From TPA_inf: Saccharomyces (taxonomy: Eukaryota), in the NCBI GenBank assembly GCA_000146045.2, contig BK006947.3, forward strand, positions 192,001 to 256,000: a stretch of 64,000 nt of DNA. Direction: 5' to 3'. Below the pieces are notes generated by a model. That model made no database searches, had not been told where the DNA came from, and worked only from the letters and a program-made list of their open reading frames with translations. Position numbers and translations under genes: made by a program. Positions 10,428-22,739 of this stretch are shown piece by piece (position 1 is the stretch's first letter; each line of letters starts with the position of its first letter).

Positions 10428-12872
10428 ATGAAAGTGAGGAAATATATTACTTTATGCTTTTGGTGGGCCTTTTCAACATCCGCTCTTGTATCATCACAAC
10501 AAATTCCATTGAAGGACCATACGTCACGACAGTATTTTGCTGTAGAAAGCAATGAAACATTATCCCGCTTGGAGGAAATGCATCCAAATTGGAAATATGA
10601 ACATGATGTTCGAGGGCTACCAAACCATTATGTTTTTTCAAAAGAGTTGCTAAAATTGGGCAAAAGATCATCATTAGAAGAGTTACAGGGGGATAACAAC
10701 GACCACATATTATCTGTCCATGATTTATTCCCGCGTAACGACCTATTTAAGAGACTACCGGTGCCTGCTCCACCAATGGACTCAAGCTTGTTACCGGTAA
10801 AAGAAGCTGAGGATAAACTCAGCATAAATGATCCGCTTTTTGAGAGGCAGTGGCACTTGGTCAATCCAAGTTTTCCTGGCAGTGATATAAATGTTCTTGA
10901 TCTGTGGTACAATAATATTACAGGCGCAGGGGTCGTGGCTGCCATTGTTGATGATGGCCTTGACTACGAAAATGAAGACTTGAAGGATAATTTTTGCGCT
11001 GAAGGTTCTTGGGATTTCAACGACAATACCAATTTACCTAAACCAAGATTATCTGATGACTACCATGGTACGAGATGTGCAGGTGAAATAGCTGCCAAAA
11101 AAGGTAACAATTTTTGCGGTGTCGGGGTAGGTTACAACGCTAAAATCTCAGGCATAAGAATCTTATCCGGTGATATCACTACGGAAGATGAAGCTGCGTC
11201 CTTGATTTATGGTCTAGACGTAAACGATATATATTCATGCTCATGGGGTCCCGCTGATGACGGAAGACATTTACAAGGCCCTAGTGACCTGGTGAAAAAG
11301 GCTTTAGTAAAAGGTGTTACTGAGGGAAGAGATTCCAAAGGAGCGATTTACGTTTTTGCCAGTGGAAATGGTGGAACTCGTGGTGATAATTGCAATTACG
11401 ACGGCTATACTAATTCCATATATTCTATTACTATTGGGGCTATTGATCACAAAGATCTACATCCTCCTTATTCCGAAGGTTGTTCCGCCGTCATGGCAGT
11501 CACGTATTCTTCAGGTTCAGGCGAATATATTCATTCGAGTGATATCAACGGCAGATGCAGTAATAGCCACGGTGGAACGTCTGCGGCTGCTCCATTAGCT
11601 GCCGGTGTTTACACTTTGTTACTAGAAGCCAACCCAAACCTAACTTGGAGAGACGTACAGTATTTATCAATCTTGTCTGCGGTAGGGTTAGAAAAGAACG
11701 CTGACGGAGATTGGAGAGATAGCGCCATGGGGAAGAAATACTCTCATCGCTATGGCTTTGGTAAAATCGATGCCCATAAGTTAATTGAAATGTCCAAGAC
11801 CTGGGAGAATGTTAACGCACAAACCTGGTTTTACCTGCCAACATTGTATGTTTCCCAGTCCACAAACTCCACGGAAGAGACATTAGAATCCGTCATAACC
11901 ATATCAGAAAAAAGTCTTCAAGATGCTAACTTCAAGAGAATTGAGCACGTCACGGTAACTGTAGATATTGATACAGAAATTAGGGGAACTACGACTGTCG
12001 ATTTAATATCACCAGCGGGGATAATTTCAAACCTTGGCGTTGTAAGACCAAGAGATGTTTCATCAGAGGGATTCAAAGACTGGACATTCATGTCTGTAGC
12101 ACATTGGGGTGAGAACGGCGTAGGTGATTGGAAAATCAAGGTTAAGACAACAGAAAATGGACACAGGATTGACTTCCACAGTTGGAGGCTGAAGCTCTTT
12201 GGGGAATCCATTGATTCATCTAAAACAGAAACTTTCGTCTTTGGAAACGATAAAGAGGAGGTTGAACCAGCTGCTACAGAAAGTACCGTATCACAATATT
12301 CTGCCAGTTCAACTTCTATTTCCATCAGCGCTACTTCTACATCTTCTATCTCAATTGGTGTGGAAACGTCGGCCATTCCCCAAACGACTACTGCGAGTAC
12401 CGATCCTGATTCTGATCCAAACACTCCTAAAAAACTTTCCTCTCCTAGGCAAGCCATGCATTATTTTTTAACAATATTTTTGATTGGCGCCACATTTTTG
12501 GTGTTATACTTCATGTTTTTTATGAAATCAAGGAGAAGGATCAGAAGGTCAAGAGCGGAAACGTATGAATTCGATATCATTGATACAGACTCTGAGTACG
12601 ATTCTACTTTGGACAATGGAACTTCCGGAATTACTGAGCCCGAAGAGGTTGAGGACTTCGATTTTGATTTGTCCGATGAAGACCATCTTGCAAGTTTGTC
12701 TTCATCAGAAAACGGTGATGCTGAACATACAATTGATAGTGTACTAACAAACGAAAATCCATTTAGTGACCCTATAAAGCAAAAGTTCCCAAATGACGCC
12801 AACGCAGAATCTGCTTCCAATAAATTACAAGAATTACAGCCTGATGTTCCTCCATCTTCCGGACGATCGTGA
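10428..12872 (+). CDS. KEX2: Kexin, Golgi subtilisin-like proprotein convertase (814 aa)
   Basis: Subtilase triad motifs DDGLD, HGTRCAGE and GTSAAAPLAAG, followed by a P-domain, a Ser/Thr-rich stretch, a single TM segment (FLTIFLIGATFLVLYFMFF) and an acidic tail. Starts MKVRKYITLCFWW at ATG 10428. Confidence 0.95.
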   Translation: MKVRKYITLCFWWAFSTSALVSSQQIPLKDHTSRQYFAVESNETLSRLEEMHPNWKYEHDVRGLPNHYVFSKELLKLGKRSSLEELQGDNNDHILSVHDLFPRNDLFKRLPVPAPPMDSSLLPVKEAEDKLSINDPLFERQWHLVNPSFPGSDINVLDLWYNNITGAGVVAAIVDDGLDYENEDLKDNFCAEGSWDFNDNTNLPKPRLSDDYHGTRCAGEIAAKKGNNFCGVGVGYNAKISGIRILSGDITTEDEAASLIYGLDVNDIYSCSWGPADDGRHLQGPSDLVKKALVKGVTEGRDSKGAIYVFASGNGGTRGDNCNYDGYTNSIYSITIGAIDHKDLHPPYSEGCSAVMAVTYSSGSGEYIHSSDINGRCSNSHGGTSAAAPLAAGVYTLLLEANPNLTWRDVQYLSILSAVGLEKNADGDWRDSAMGKKYSHRYGFGKIDAHKLIEMSKTWENVNAQTWFYLPTLYVSQSTNSTEETLESVITISEKSLQDANFKRIEHVTVTVDIDTEIRGTTTVDLISPAGIISNLGVVRPRDVSSEGFKDWTFMSVAHWGENGVGDWKIKVKTTENGHRIDFHSWRLKLFGESIDSSKTETFVFGNDKEEVEPAATESTVSQYSASSTSISISATSTSSISIGVETSAIPQTTTASTDPDSDPNTPKKLSSPRQAMHYFLTIFLIGATFLVLYFMFFMKSRRRIRRSRAETYEFDIIDTDSEYDSTLDNGTSGITEPEEVEDFDFDLSDEDHLASLSSSENGDAEHTIDSVLTNENPFSDPIKQKFPNDANAESASNKLQELQPDVPPSSGRS

Positions 12873-13187
12873 TTCGATATGTACAGAAAGCTTCAAATTA
12901 CAAAATAGCATTTTTTTCTTATAGATTATAATACTCTCTCATACGTATACGTATATGTGTATATGATATATAAACAAACATTAATATCCTATTCCTTCCG
13001 TTTGAAATCCCTATGATGTACTTTGCATTGTTTGCACCCGCGAATAAAATGAAAACTCCGAACCGATATATCAAGCACATAAAAGGGGAGGGTCCAATTA
13101 ATGCATATTTAAGACCACAGCTGAATAACTTTAAAACGGCAGACAAAACAAAAAATAGGTCGAATAAACCTTACCTGCCTAGAAGGA

Positions 13188-14567
13188 ATGACAGCAGCTA
13201 ATAAGAATATTGTCTTCGGATTTTCCAGATCCATTAGCGCAATTCTACTAATATGCTTTTTCTTTGAAAAAGTCTGCGGTGATATGGAGCATGATATGGG
13301 CATGGATGATACTTCGGGATACACGAGGCCAGAAATTGTGCAGGCTGGGTCGAAATCTTTCCACTGGCTCTGCACTTTGGGATTCTTGTTGCTTTTACCA
13401 TCCGTGGTGACGTGCCTTTCGTTCGCTGGCAGGATATATTCAGCTACCCTCTTACAATGCACTTGTGCCGTTTACGCTTTCTTAGAAGCTGCCGTATTAA
13501 GATTTCAAGACAATGATGGGGTAGAAAATAGAACTTCAAGGGGAACCGCATGGTTTTTGGTGGGACTTACTTGGATAACCTTATTCTTTGGTGGATTAGC
13601 TGGAGGAACTGGTTTCTTAGTGAAAAGCAAGAGGTTGCAAACGTTCATATCAAATGCAGGTGAGAAAAGGTTGTCATATATCCATCGTGGTTTATCCTTT
13701 CTAACTGTTCTAACAGGTTGGGTTAAAGTCTGTTTGGCACCTGTTGCGCTCTTTGGGTTTTGTAGAGAGGCACACACAGGGCAATGCATCGCTCATGGTA
13801 TCATGGGATCCGCGTTTGTGTTGTACGGGTTCATTTATGTACTGGTTTTGGTTATACCATGGATTCGCAGTGCCCAAACCTCATATTCACAGGATTACGT
13901 CGACAGTTGGGTTATGTGCATATGGGGCGTTGTAAATACTTTTACTGAACACAGGTGGGGACGTGAAGGATGGAGTGTTCACGATTATCAACACACGTTT
14001 ATGGGAATTATCTGGTGGACTGGTGGAATACTCGGGATTTTCCTTTCCAGAAATGGCAGAAGAACATTTGTACCAAGTTTGATTATTATTTTCACCGGAT
14101 GGGCCATGTCTGAGCACGCCCAGCACTTGATAATTAGCACAAAAGTCCATAATATGTTTGGGCTAGTTTTAATGTGTGGAGGCGCTTTAAGAATTATCGA
14201 AATATCTTTTTTACTACGTGATAAAAGAACGCTGGACAAAATACATTCATTCCAATACCTTGCTCCCTTTTGTTTAGTATGTTCAGGTCTCCTATTTATG
14301 GGCGCAAACGAAGAACAACTCATTTTAGTGTTGCGGTTGGGAGGCGACCATAGTGCGTACGTTCTAATTATCGTATCAGGCGCATTTTTGGTCTACTTCT
14401 GGATGATTGCATGTTTGGAATTCTACCTATATCTACTTGAAAAGGGAAAACAAGGATTCCTTCCGAAATCATACGAACTTGAAGAGGAAAACAATAACGT
14501 GAGCTTTGAGCTAGATAACATATCGAACGAAGATGTGGATGAAGATACCACTCCCTTTAACGTTTGA
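13188..14567 (+). CDS. YTP1: Polytopic membrane protein of unknown function (459 aa)
   Basis: Multiple hydrophobic TM segments throughout. Length and position between KEX2 and SIN4 match YNL237W. Confidence 0.75.
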   Translation: MTAANKNIVFGFSRSISAILLICFFFEKVCGDMEHDMGMDDTSGYTRPEIVQAGSKSFHWLCTLGFLLLLPSVVTCLSFAGRIYSATLLQCTCAVYAFLEAAVLRFQDNDGVENRTSRGTAWFLVGLTWITLFFGGLAGGTGFLVKSKRLQTFISNAGEKRLSYIHRGLSFLTVLTGWVKVCLAPVALFGFCREAHTGQCIAHGIMGSAFVLYGFIYVLVLVIPWIRSAQTSYSQDYVDSWVMCIWGVVNTFTEHRWGREGWSVHDYQHTFMGIIWWTGGILGIFLSRNGRRTFVPSLIIIFTGWAMSEHAQHLIISTKVHNMFGLVLMCGGALRIIEISFLLRDKRTLDKIHSFQYLAPFCLVCSGLLFMGANEEQLILVLRLGGDHSAYVLIIVSGAFLVYFWMIACLEFYLYLLEKGKQGFLPKSYELEEENNNVSFELDNISNEDVDEDTTPFNV

Positions 14568-14929
14568 ATAGTGGGCAACTAATGTAATATAAGACATTTG
14601 AAAGTCCGATCCTACACCCTCTTTGTTAGAAGCATTGTAACTTTATTTTTTTTTATAATACTCTAAATGCGGAACTGTATACACTTTGCACAGTTTGTAT
14701 TCAAATTGTTTGCATAAATATATAAAAATTGCCACGAACACTTTTAGATTCCTTCGTTAGTCTCCTTTGTATATTGCCGTTTGCAGGCTCATGATGATAA
14801 ATCTCGCTATTTCGGTGAAGAAAAAAAAAGCTAGCTTCGAACTTTTCAAAAGAAGTATAATTTCATTTCAAAAATAAGGTCCAAAGAAAAGAAACTAGCA
14901 GACCTGACCTTCTGTTGGTAAATATTAGT

Positions 14930-17854
14930 ATGATGCTTGGAGAGCATTTAATGAGCTGGTCTAAGACTGGTATTATTGCATACAGTGACTCACAGTCCTC
15001 AAATGCCAATATTTGCCTCACATTTTTAGAATCCATAAATGGAATAAACTGGCGATTTCATACGCCGCAAAAATATGTATTACACCCGCAATTGCACGAA
15101 GTTCAATACCAAGAAAGTAGTAGTACTCTAAGCACTCACTCGACAACAACTTCTGTCAATGGATCAACTACAGCCGGGGTTGGAAGCACTCCAAACTTCG
15201 GAGGCAACAGCAACAAGTCTCCTCCACAGTTCTTTTATAATATATCTTCCATTCATTGGAACAACTGGTTTAGTTTACCAGGTGACATGTTGGCTGTATG
15301 TGACGAATTAGGTAACATGACCATGTTAATTACTGGACAACGTCCTGATCGGGCCACTACATACGAAAAGTTAACGATGGTATTTCAAGATAATGTTTAC
15401 AAAATTTATAACCACGTTATGCCTTTAAAGCCTGTAGACAAGCTAAAGCCCATGAACATTGAAAGGAAACAAACAAGGAAAGAATACAATACATCCATCT
15501 TGGAATTTCGCTGGCTCACCTCTTCAAAATCCGTAATCGTTTCTCAATTCTGCGCATTTGATAGTAGTTCTAATACATATAGAAGCAGAGCACAGCAAGT
15601 GCCTCCATATGGTGTGTACCATCCACCCTTTATAAAATATGCGTGCTTGGCAATAAGGAAAAACGGTCAAATAGATTTTTGGTACCAATTTTCAAACTCA
15701 AAGGATCATAAAAAAATAACGTTACAGCTGCTGGACACTTCAAATCAAAGATTCAAGGATCTTCAATGGCTTGAATTTGCTAGAATTACACCTATGAATG
15801 ATGATCAGTGTATGTTGATAACCACATATTCAAAATTATCTAAAAATATCTCTTTTTACAAACTACACGTTAATTGGAACCTTAATGCGACCAAACCAAA
15901 CGTCCTAAATGACCCATCGTTGAAAATACAATTTATATTAAGCACTACTTTAGATCCAACGGATGATGAAGGGCATGTGTTGAAGTTAGAGAACCTGCAT
16001 GTTGTGTCTAAATCATCAATTGAGAAAGATCCCTCCCCAGAAATTTTAGTTTTGTATAATGTTTGCGATACATCAAAATCATTGGTGAAAAGATATAGAC
16101 TAGCTCCAACACAACTTTCAGCTGAGTATTTGGTGATATTGAAACCAGATTTAAATATCGATCGAAATAATTCTACGAATCAAATATTCCAATCGCGCCG
16201 TTACAACCTTCGTCGCCACAGTGATATCGTTCTCGACAAAAAAGTCACCTTGATAACTTCTGAGATGTTCGATGCATTTGTTTCATTTTACTTTGAAGAT
16301 GGTACCATCGAATCCTACAATCAAAATGATTGGAAGTTGGAGACTGAACGACTTATAAGTCAGAGCCAATTAGGAAAATTCAAAAATATTATTGCATCCC
16401 CACTAAGCGCAGGATTTAATTATGGGAAGCTCCCTTTACCTCCATCGGTTGAGTGGATGAAGGTTTCACCATCTATGTGTGGGGTTATCGTTAAACAGTA
16501 TAATAAAAAATGGCCACAGTTTTATGCTGCTGTTCAAAAAAACTACGCAGATCCTGAGAAGGATTCTATAAATGCTACAGCTTTGGCATTTGGATACGTG
16601 AAAAGTTTACATAAGCAAATATCTGCCGAAGACTTGACCATCGCTGCGAAGACGCACATACTCAGAATTTCATTCTTGGATAGAAAAAGGGCCAAAGAAT
16701 TTATTACGACTTTGTTGAAAAGCCTATACTCGTTTTTCAACATTTCTCCTGATGCGCCTAAAGAGATTATGGATAAAATAATAACAAGTAGGCCACTTCA
16801 AAAAATTATGCTATTGCAGCTGGAACTTGGCAGTTGTTTTTCGCAAGAAAATATTGAAGAAATGGCGAGAGTTATACTCTACTTGAAAAATGTTTTGTTT
16901 GCGTTCAATGGTGTGGCGAGAAATTTTCATTTTGCGATTGAACAAATAAGTAATAATTCTAACCAACAACAAAACCCGAAGTTGTTCCAGACTATATTTT
17001 CAAAACAGGATCTCATTCATTCATTGATTCCTGTTGCTAAATGGTTTGTCAAATTTATCACTTATTTGACCCAAGAAATTTTAATTTTAATAAATGATCC
17101 CACAAACAAGGAATACACACTAGTTCACGGAATATTTGGAGCCAAAATGTCCAGGACTTTGATATTGTCTATTCTTAACGAAATCAAGAAAGTCACCCAA
17201 ATAGTGGCGAAATTTCCAGAAACATCATACCCAATTTTAAACGAGTCATCAACTTTTTTGAAACTAGTCTTATCTGAATCACCAGTGGATTTCGAAAAAT
17301 TTGAAACGTTTTTAGTTGATGTAAACAACAAATTTATCGCGCTATGCGAACAACAGCCATCACAGGAACGTGAGTTTTCGTTGTTGGTGAAAGCTGAAAT
17401 CCCCCCAGAATATGCCAAAGTGGGAGATTTCCTCCTGCAGTATGCTAATAATGCAGTGATTTCCCATGCGAATGCGGCTGCAGTATATTTTGCAGATACA
17501 AGTGGCTTGAAAATATCTAATTCAGAGTTTTTCAATCCCGAAATATTTCATTTATTGCAACCATTAGAAGAGGGATTAATTATTGATACAGATAAACTAC
17601 CCATAAAAAATAGAACCTCCAAATCTTTTAGCAAATTACTGTACGACGATGTAACCTGTGACAAACTGAGTGTATCAGAAATATCCGATGGGAAACTTAA
17701 GAGATGCAGTAGGTGCGGTTCCGTCACAAGAGCAGGAAATATAATATCGAGTGATAAGACAATTGTACCCACTAGCATCCAAACCAAAAGATGGCCAACC
17801 ATGTATACAAGACTGTGCATATGTTCAGGTATGCTTTTTGAGATGGACGGCTGA
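14930..17854 (+). CDS. SIN4: Mediator tail subunit Med16 (974 aa)
   Basis: Begins MMLGEHLMSWSKTGIIAYSD at ATG 14930 (the track ORF opens at TTG 14915). Length and synteny match SIN4. Confidence 0.85.
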   Translation: MMLGEHLMSWSKTGIIAYSDSQSSNANICLTFLESINGINWRFHTPQKYVLHPQLHEVQYQESSSTLSTHSTTTSVNGSTTAGVGSTPNFGGNSNKSPPQFFYNISSIHWNNWFSLPGDMLAVCDELGNMTMLITGQRPDRATTYEKLTMVFQDNVYKIYNHVMPLKPVDKLKPMNIERKQTRKEYNTSILEFRWLTSSKSVIVSQFCAFDSSSNTYRSRAQQVPPYGVYHPPFIKYACLAIRKNGQIDFWYQFSNSKDHKKITLQLLDTSNQRFKDLQWLEFARITPMNDDQCMLITTYSKLSKNISFYKLHVNWNLNATKPNVLNDPSLKIQFILSTTLDPTDDEGHVLKLENLHVVSKSSIEKDPSPEILVLYNVCDTSKSLVKRYRLAPTQLSAEYLVILKPDLNIDRNNSTNQIFQSRRYNLRRHSDIVLDKKVTLITSEMFDAFVSFYFEDGTIESYNQNDWKLETERLISQSQLGKFKNIIASPLSAGFNYGKLPLPPSVEWMKVSPSMCGVIVKQYNKKWPQFYAAVQKNYADPEKDSINATALAFGYVKSLHKQISAEDLTIAAKTHILRISFLDRKRAKEFITTLLKSLYSFFNISPDAPKEIMDKIITSRPLQKIMLLQLELGSCFSQENIEEMARVILYLKNVLFAFNGVARNFHFAIEQISNNSNQQQNPKLFQTIFSKQDLIHSLIPVAKWFVKFITYLTQEILILINDPTNKEYTLVHGIFGAKMSRTLILSILNEIKKVTQIVAKFPETSYPILNESSTFLKLVLSESPVDFEKFETFLVDVNNKFIALCEQQPSQEREFSLLVKAEIPPEYAKVGDFLLQYANNAVISHANAAAVYFADTSGLKISNSEFFNPEIFHLLQPLEEGLIIDTDKLPIKNRTSKSFSKLLYDDVTCDKLSVSEISDGKLKRCSRCGSVTRAGNIISSDKTIVPTSIQTKRWPTMYTRLCICSGMLFEMDG

Positions 17855-18232
17855 TTATTAGTACTATAGCATAGTTTTGTATAGAATTGTTTTAAACATT
17901 TCACTTCTCGACTTAATAAAAAGAAATGAGAGTGACAGTGTCTGGAATTTCTTTCTTCTAGAATACCAAGGGTACGCATTTCTCTCCTACGGAATTTTCT
18001 GTGCAGATGTCCCGATCTACGTGGCAGATAGTGAAAACTCCGTAGGCAAAAGGGGCATCGGAAAAACCTCTTCAAAAAAAAAGGTTTTTAGGCTCGAACG
18101 AGCCGGAGCAATAATGTTCCTTTGAAAAATAGCAATCGTTATGCAACCATTTTATATGAGTCTGCCCCTCAAGGGACTCGCCACCGGACCGCTGCAGTTG
18201 TTTGCATTCATCCACATATAAGCTGGTTGTGT

Positions 18233-19513
18233 ATGACAGGAGAAAAAATACTTCATTCGCAGTTGTTAACCAACAGCGACATGTCTAGCGGGAATGTCCA
18301 CCATACGAAACCGATGATGTACAACGTAACCCTGCCTTCCTACAACAGCAGTAGTATAGGTCCAGTCGATAATTTGAAAATAAACGAGAGACCTGGCTCT
18401 CATGATCATTCCATGAGAAGTGAAATGTCATCCAAAAACTCCGGAAGCGATTTTATGCCACAATCTATTTCACGTTCCGAAGGTAGTGTCTACCAGGTCA
18501 AGATAGATCGTGGTGACTCCCCGAATACAGAAGGATTCGACTTTAAAGTTAATGCAAGAGATCTGCTGTTACTTCGAATGTCCTGGGATATCCTCCTCAG
18601 GGAGTATTTAACACCTAAAGAATTAAAAGTTTTTCAAGCACTTCTGTATTCCAATAAACATATTACTTCAACAGAAAGACCCTATTTGAATACTGCTCCT
18701 GACGGTATGATTTCCAAAACTATTGACCCTACTGCCAGGCCACGTAAAACAAAACAAAGGGACAATGATAACAAGGTTGATACTGCACTATTTTGTTCAC
18801 AGTTTTATGACAATTTGATTGCAATGGATCCCTTGTTAGAAGAATATTTTCCATCATTAAAACATCAAGCAGTTTCGTTCTGTAAGGTCCTTGATTCTGC
18901 TATTGACAACCTTGAAAACGTTCATGTCCTAGATGATTATATTGTGAAATTAGGAAAACGCCATTCCAGAATTCTCGGCATCAAAACCGTTGGTTTCGAA
19001 GTAATGGGAAAAGCATTTATGACTACATTGCAGGACAGGTTTGGATCTTTTCTCACACTGGAACTCAAAAATCTATGGGGACAACTTTACTCATATTTGG
19101 CAAATTGTATGATTACTGCAGGGAAGGACCCAATGGAAAAGATTCAACCAGATTTTTCGTATAATGGTGACTCTGTGGTTTTAAATTTTTCCATTCCCAA
19201 ACTTGCGATGCATGATATAAGTACAGTTAACAAGCTACAAATGGTGAAAACTAAAAACGCTACTATACCTCATAATATAACACAAGTACCGACAAATAAA
19301 ATTCCTACAGAAATACTCTTAGACAATTCTTCTACTCCAATAAAAAGCGACCGTGAATCGACGCCTCCAATCTCACCAAAGGGCTCTGGAAGTACAAAAC
19401 CAAGCATCGGTAGCAGTACCGTCGTGGAAAGTAATACCAAGAAAAATAATTATGATGAAAAAATCCATTTATTGCAAAAAACTGCTCAGCAGAAGAACTG
19501 CTCGATTATGTAA
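18233..19513 (+). CDS. Globin-like heme-binding protein (426 aa)
   Basis: ATG at 18233 ([12 protein letters not shown]). A globin-fold-like central region matches uncharacterised YNL234W by length and position. Identity by synteny; moderate confidence. Confidence 0.7.
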
Positions 19514-19921
19514 CTACAACCGTACCATTAAGTGTATAAGTTTCCCAGGTTATATTATATATTCTTTAGATCACTGCCTGTTCTTTATTACCCGCGAGCT
19601 AATCTTTGTCTTATATAGGCGCGTCAGCGGAGACGCGTCAAGTCAACTTCTCTCTTCTATCGTCCCGAGTATGAAAAATCATTTCAGATTCGAAGAAATC
19701 AGATTGGCTTTATATCTTCTTTAGAACAAGACGTGTAATATTCTCACACTTAGAGTTGACCCCCTCAAGTTCGCTTATTAGTACAGGTTTTGACTTTGCA
19801 AATAAACAACAGGAAAAGCGACTCAAATAAATTGACAAAGAAATCTCAACAACCAGAGTGCAAAAGCCGTACGAGCAGCGTTTTTATTAATAACGATATA
19901 TCACTACGTATTCAACAGAAT

Positions 19922-22600
19922 ATGTCGGATAGTATTTCAGATTCAAAGTCCTCAGAACTTTTAAATTCTACTTTTTATTCGTCGACGTCGATAAATACAC
20001 TTGATCATGCTAGAACCTTTCGAAATTCTCTGATATTGAAGGAGATATCAGATCAAAGTCTAAATTCATCAATAAAGCCATGCGAATCCGTCCTTGATAG
20101 GGATGTTGAAAGCTCAGTTCTGCAGCGGTCGTTTGGAGAAAGTAATGCCCGAGACTCAGAAGTACAAACGGTAAATATGACAACTTCCCCCTCATTAAGT
20201 GCATTGGCTGATATTCTGAACGAAAGATCCAAATATGCTGACCAAAAAACTAGAAAGGCACAAAATATTGAGTCTTCCATAATAGAAGAAGAAGAAGAGG
20301 CCGAAGAGCAAAACAACTCGATCAATTATCACGAGGATATAACTGGATCCAGGCTGTCTGTACGAGAGGAAGCAAATGAAAACTTGGCGATGACCTCTCC
20401 AAACCTTATTGACATTGACGGATCCAATAGTATTCAAGTTGCCCCTTTGAGTTTACCGTCTTTCGAAGAACCTGACTTTTTGTCCACTCCTAGAGTAAAA
20501 CCTGATTCTCAGGGACCTCGGAGCAAAGTTAGTACACGACGTACTATTCTCGAACGAGACAACAATTTACCAGTTAAGCGGGAGGAAAATACTATCATTA
20601 ATTCAGAAACTGAAAGCACAACACATAGCGCACCATTTTTAAAAGAGGATCCGAAACCCTCGCCTCCTTCGAGTAAATTATACAACCCAAAAGTTCGTTT
20701 AAACAAAGCAGAAGCGCGAAAGTATACTGATTCTTCTGCCCAAAGGACTACTTCAGCAGGCTCGGTACTTGAAGACACTTCTATGCATAAAAAGAAAAAG
20801 AGTATATTTTCATTTCTGAAGAAGAAAGAACCGAAACCAGTTATTGGTAATAATAGTGTAACGAATGAAAAAAATAAGATGTCTTCATCGAGCACTTTCT
20901 CAATGAATATTCAAACCTCTTTAAAAACGCCTGAAAAACTAAAGAAGAAGTCTCACAGTAGCAGTAGCATTTTCAATTCCTTCCTAAAGGGAAAAATTGA
21001 AACATCAGACTCACCTCGAAAGGAACCAATGAGGCAAAAAAAAAGAACCCCAAAATCCAAGGACAAAAAGCAAGATACTGAACAAATAATTGACGCCGCA
21101 TCAGTGTTATCCACTGAATCACCTCTACTACGAAAAAACCACGACGATACTCCCGTGAAAATAGATCACGTAACGAGATCAATTGATCAGAGAAAACCTA
21201 CTCCTTTAAACATGGATCTCATATTGGGAGGTGATAAACAGATAAATACCCCGCTACAAGAACACGTAAGAGAAGATGATGATGCCAAAAATGATCTTCA
21301 ATTACCAACCAAGGATAATTTTTTATCACTGGACTACGAAGCACCCTCACCAGCATTTTCCAAACACGATACAGGTGAGGTTCTTTTCCCAAAATTTTTG
21401 GATAATCATGAAGTCGACTCGATCGTTTCTTTAGAAAGAACAAGATCTACAAAGTCTAACAAGAGAAGTTCAATGAACTCGCAAAGAAGGTCATTGACAG
21501 ATACGCTATCGATCAAAGCGCAAAGTGAGGGAATGTTCATCACTGAGGCATCTTCTGTTGTATTATCTACTCCAGACTTGACGAAGTCTCCTGCTAGCAG
21601 CATTTTAAAGAATGGAAGGTTCGAATACTCAGATAATTTCTCCAGAGAACACTCTTACGAAGGTACCACGAATGAGGACTTTTTAGATATCAAGGACGAT
21701 AGTGGTCCACTAAAAAAAGATGACATATTTTTAGAGTCTATTGAACAAAAATTTGACCAGCTAGTGATGGCCTCTGATGAAGAAAAAACTGAAGTTGAAA
21801 GGGATGTACCAAAACCAAGAGAAGAACCTCTGAAGAAGGATTCTGAAAGGCAAAGCGTTTTTGCAGATGATGATAACGAGTTAATTTCTGATATAATGGA
21901 GTTTGCAAGTTTTATTAACTTCGGTGATGATGATCTCAATCTAGACCTAGACTTGGGAGATACAACGGCCTCATATGCAACAGAAACCCCTGAACCTGTT
22001 GGAAATGATGAAGTAAATCGCTCTGGTACTTTTGATACACGAAATAACAAAGAGGATAGTTACAAAGAAAGAGAAACTCAATCTTATTCCGCTGCTGGAG
22101 CTACTACATACGGAGATGAGCGTCAAGGTCAATTACATACATTTGAACAAGACGGAAGTGAAATAAATGACAACGAATTTGAGAATGAAGATTTCAACAA
22201 ACACATAGAACAGCCCATAGAAGTTACTCCAAGAAATAATGCATATTTACCAGAATTCGAACCCAATAGACCTGTTTCAATGTCCTTTAAAGGACTAAAA
22301 GCCCCAAGAATGAATACTTCTTTTATTGACTCCATGACGCCTGATTCTCCCGTAAAATCAGACTTAACAAGTCTAGGTGAGGTGTATGTAAACAGTAATA
22401 ATGACCAGGGTGTCCGGTTTTCGTCCCAGATAATACTTTACGACACTTATGGAGAATTCGAATATGATAGACATCCAGAAATTTCCACTTGTAACCAGCT
22501 TACTCCACAACTGGCTCAAATGATCAAATTGGAATTAAATGAGTTAAAGAGCGCAATGGAAGTACACGATGATTCGCGATGTTACACACATTTTTATTAG
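19922..22600 (+). CDS. BNI4: Bud-neck scaffold protein targeting chitin synthase III (892 aa)
   Basis: Starts MSDSISDSKSSELL at ATG 19922. Long Ser-rich disordered protein with a C-terminal GVRFSSQIILYDTY PP1 (Glc7)-binding-like motif. Synteny YNL233W. Confidence 0.8.
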   Translation: MSDSISDSKSSELLNSTFYSSTSINTLDHARTFRNSLILKEISDQSLNSSIKPCESVLDRDVESSVLQRSFGESNARDSEVQTVNMTTSPSLSALADILNERSKYADQKTRKAQNIESSIIEEEEEAEEQNNSINYHEDITGSRLSVREEANENLAMTSPNLIDIDGSNSIQVAPLSLPSFEEPDFLSTPRVKPDSQGPRSKVSTRRTILERDNNLPVKREENTIINSETESTTHSAPFLKEDPKPSPPSSKLYNPKVRLNKAEARKYTDSSAQRTTSAGSVLEDTSMHKKKKSIFSFLKKKEPKPVIGNNSVTNEKNKMSSSSTFSMNIQTSLKTPEKLKKKSHSSSSIFNSFLKGKIETSDSPRKEPMRQKKRTPKSKDKKQDTEQIIDAASVLSTESPLLRKNHDDTPVKIDHVTRSIDQRKPTPLNMDLILGGDKQINTPLQEHVREDDDAKNDLQLPTKDNFLSLDYEAPSPAFSKHDTGEVLFPKFLDNHEVDSIVSLERTRSTKSNKRSSMNSQRRSLTDTLSIKAQSEGMFITEASSVVLSTPDLTKSPASSILKNGRFEYSDNFSREHSYEGTTNEDFLDIKDDSGPLKKDDIFLESIEQKFDQLVMASDEEKTEVERDVPKPREEPLKKDSERQSVFADDDNELISDIMEFASFINFGDDDLNLDLDLGDTTASYATETPEPVGNDEVNRSGTFDTRNNKEDSYKERETQSYSAAGATTYGDERQGQLHTFEQDGSEINDNEFENEDFNKHIEQPIEVTPRNNAYLPEFEPNRPVSMSFKGLKAPRMNTSFIDSMTPDSPVKSDLTSLGEVYVNSNNDQGVRFSSQIILYDTYGEFEYDRHPEISTCNQLTPQLAQMIKLELNELKSAMEVHDDSRCYTHFY

Positions 22601-22739
22601 AGCAGAAAACTGGGAGAAATGGAAATGAATCAAATCATACATATCAAGACATTCTAGTTTTTATAAACCTATAATTTATCGCAAGAATCTTGGGTGTTAT
22701 GTGTTGTATTTGCGGCATCATTTCAAAATACCGTCTGCA

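Noticed and set aside
11918-12457. 179-aa minus-strand ORF antisense to the KEX2 Ser/Thr-rich and TM region
   Set aside because: Antisense artefact of a low-complexity coding region.
17548-18075. 175-aa minus-strand ORF overlapping the 3' end of SIN4 and the SIN4/YNL234W intergenic region
   Set aside because: Antisense to a well-supported gene, low-complexity translation, no motifs. Corresponds to the kind of ORF classed as dubious (YNL235C-like).  Not called as CDS.
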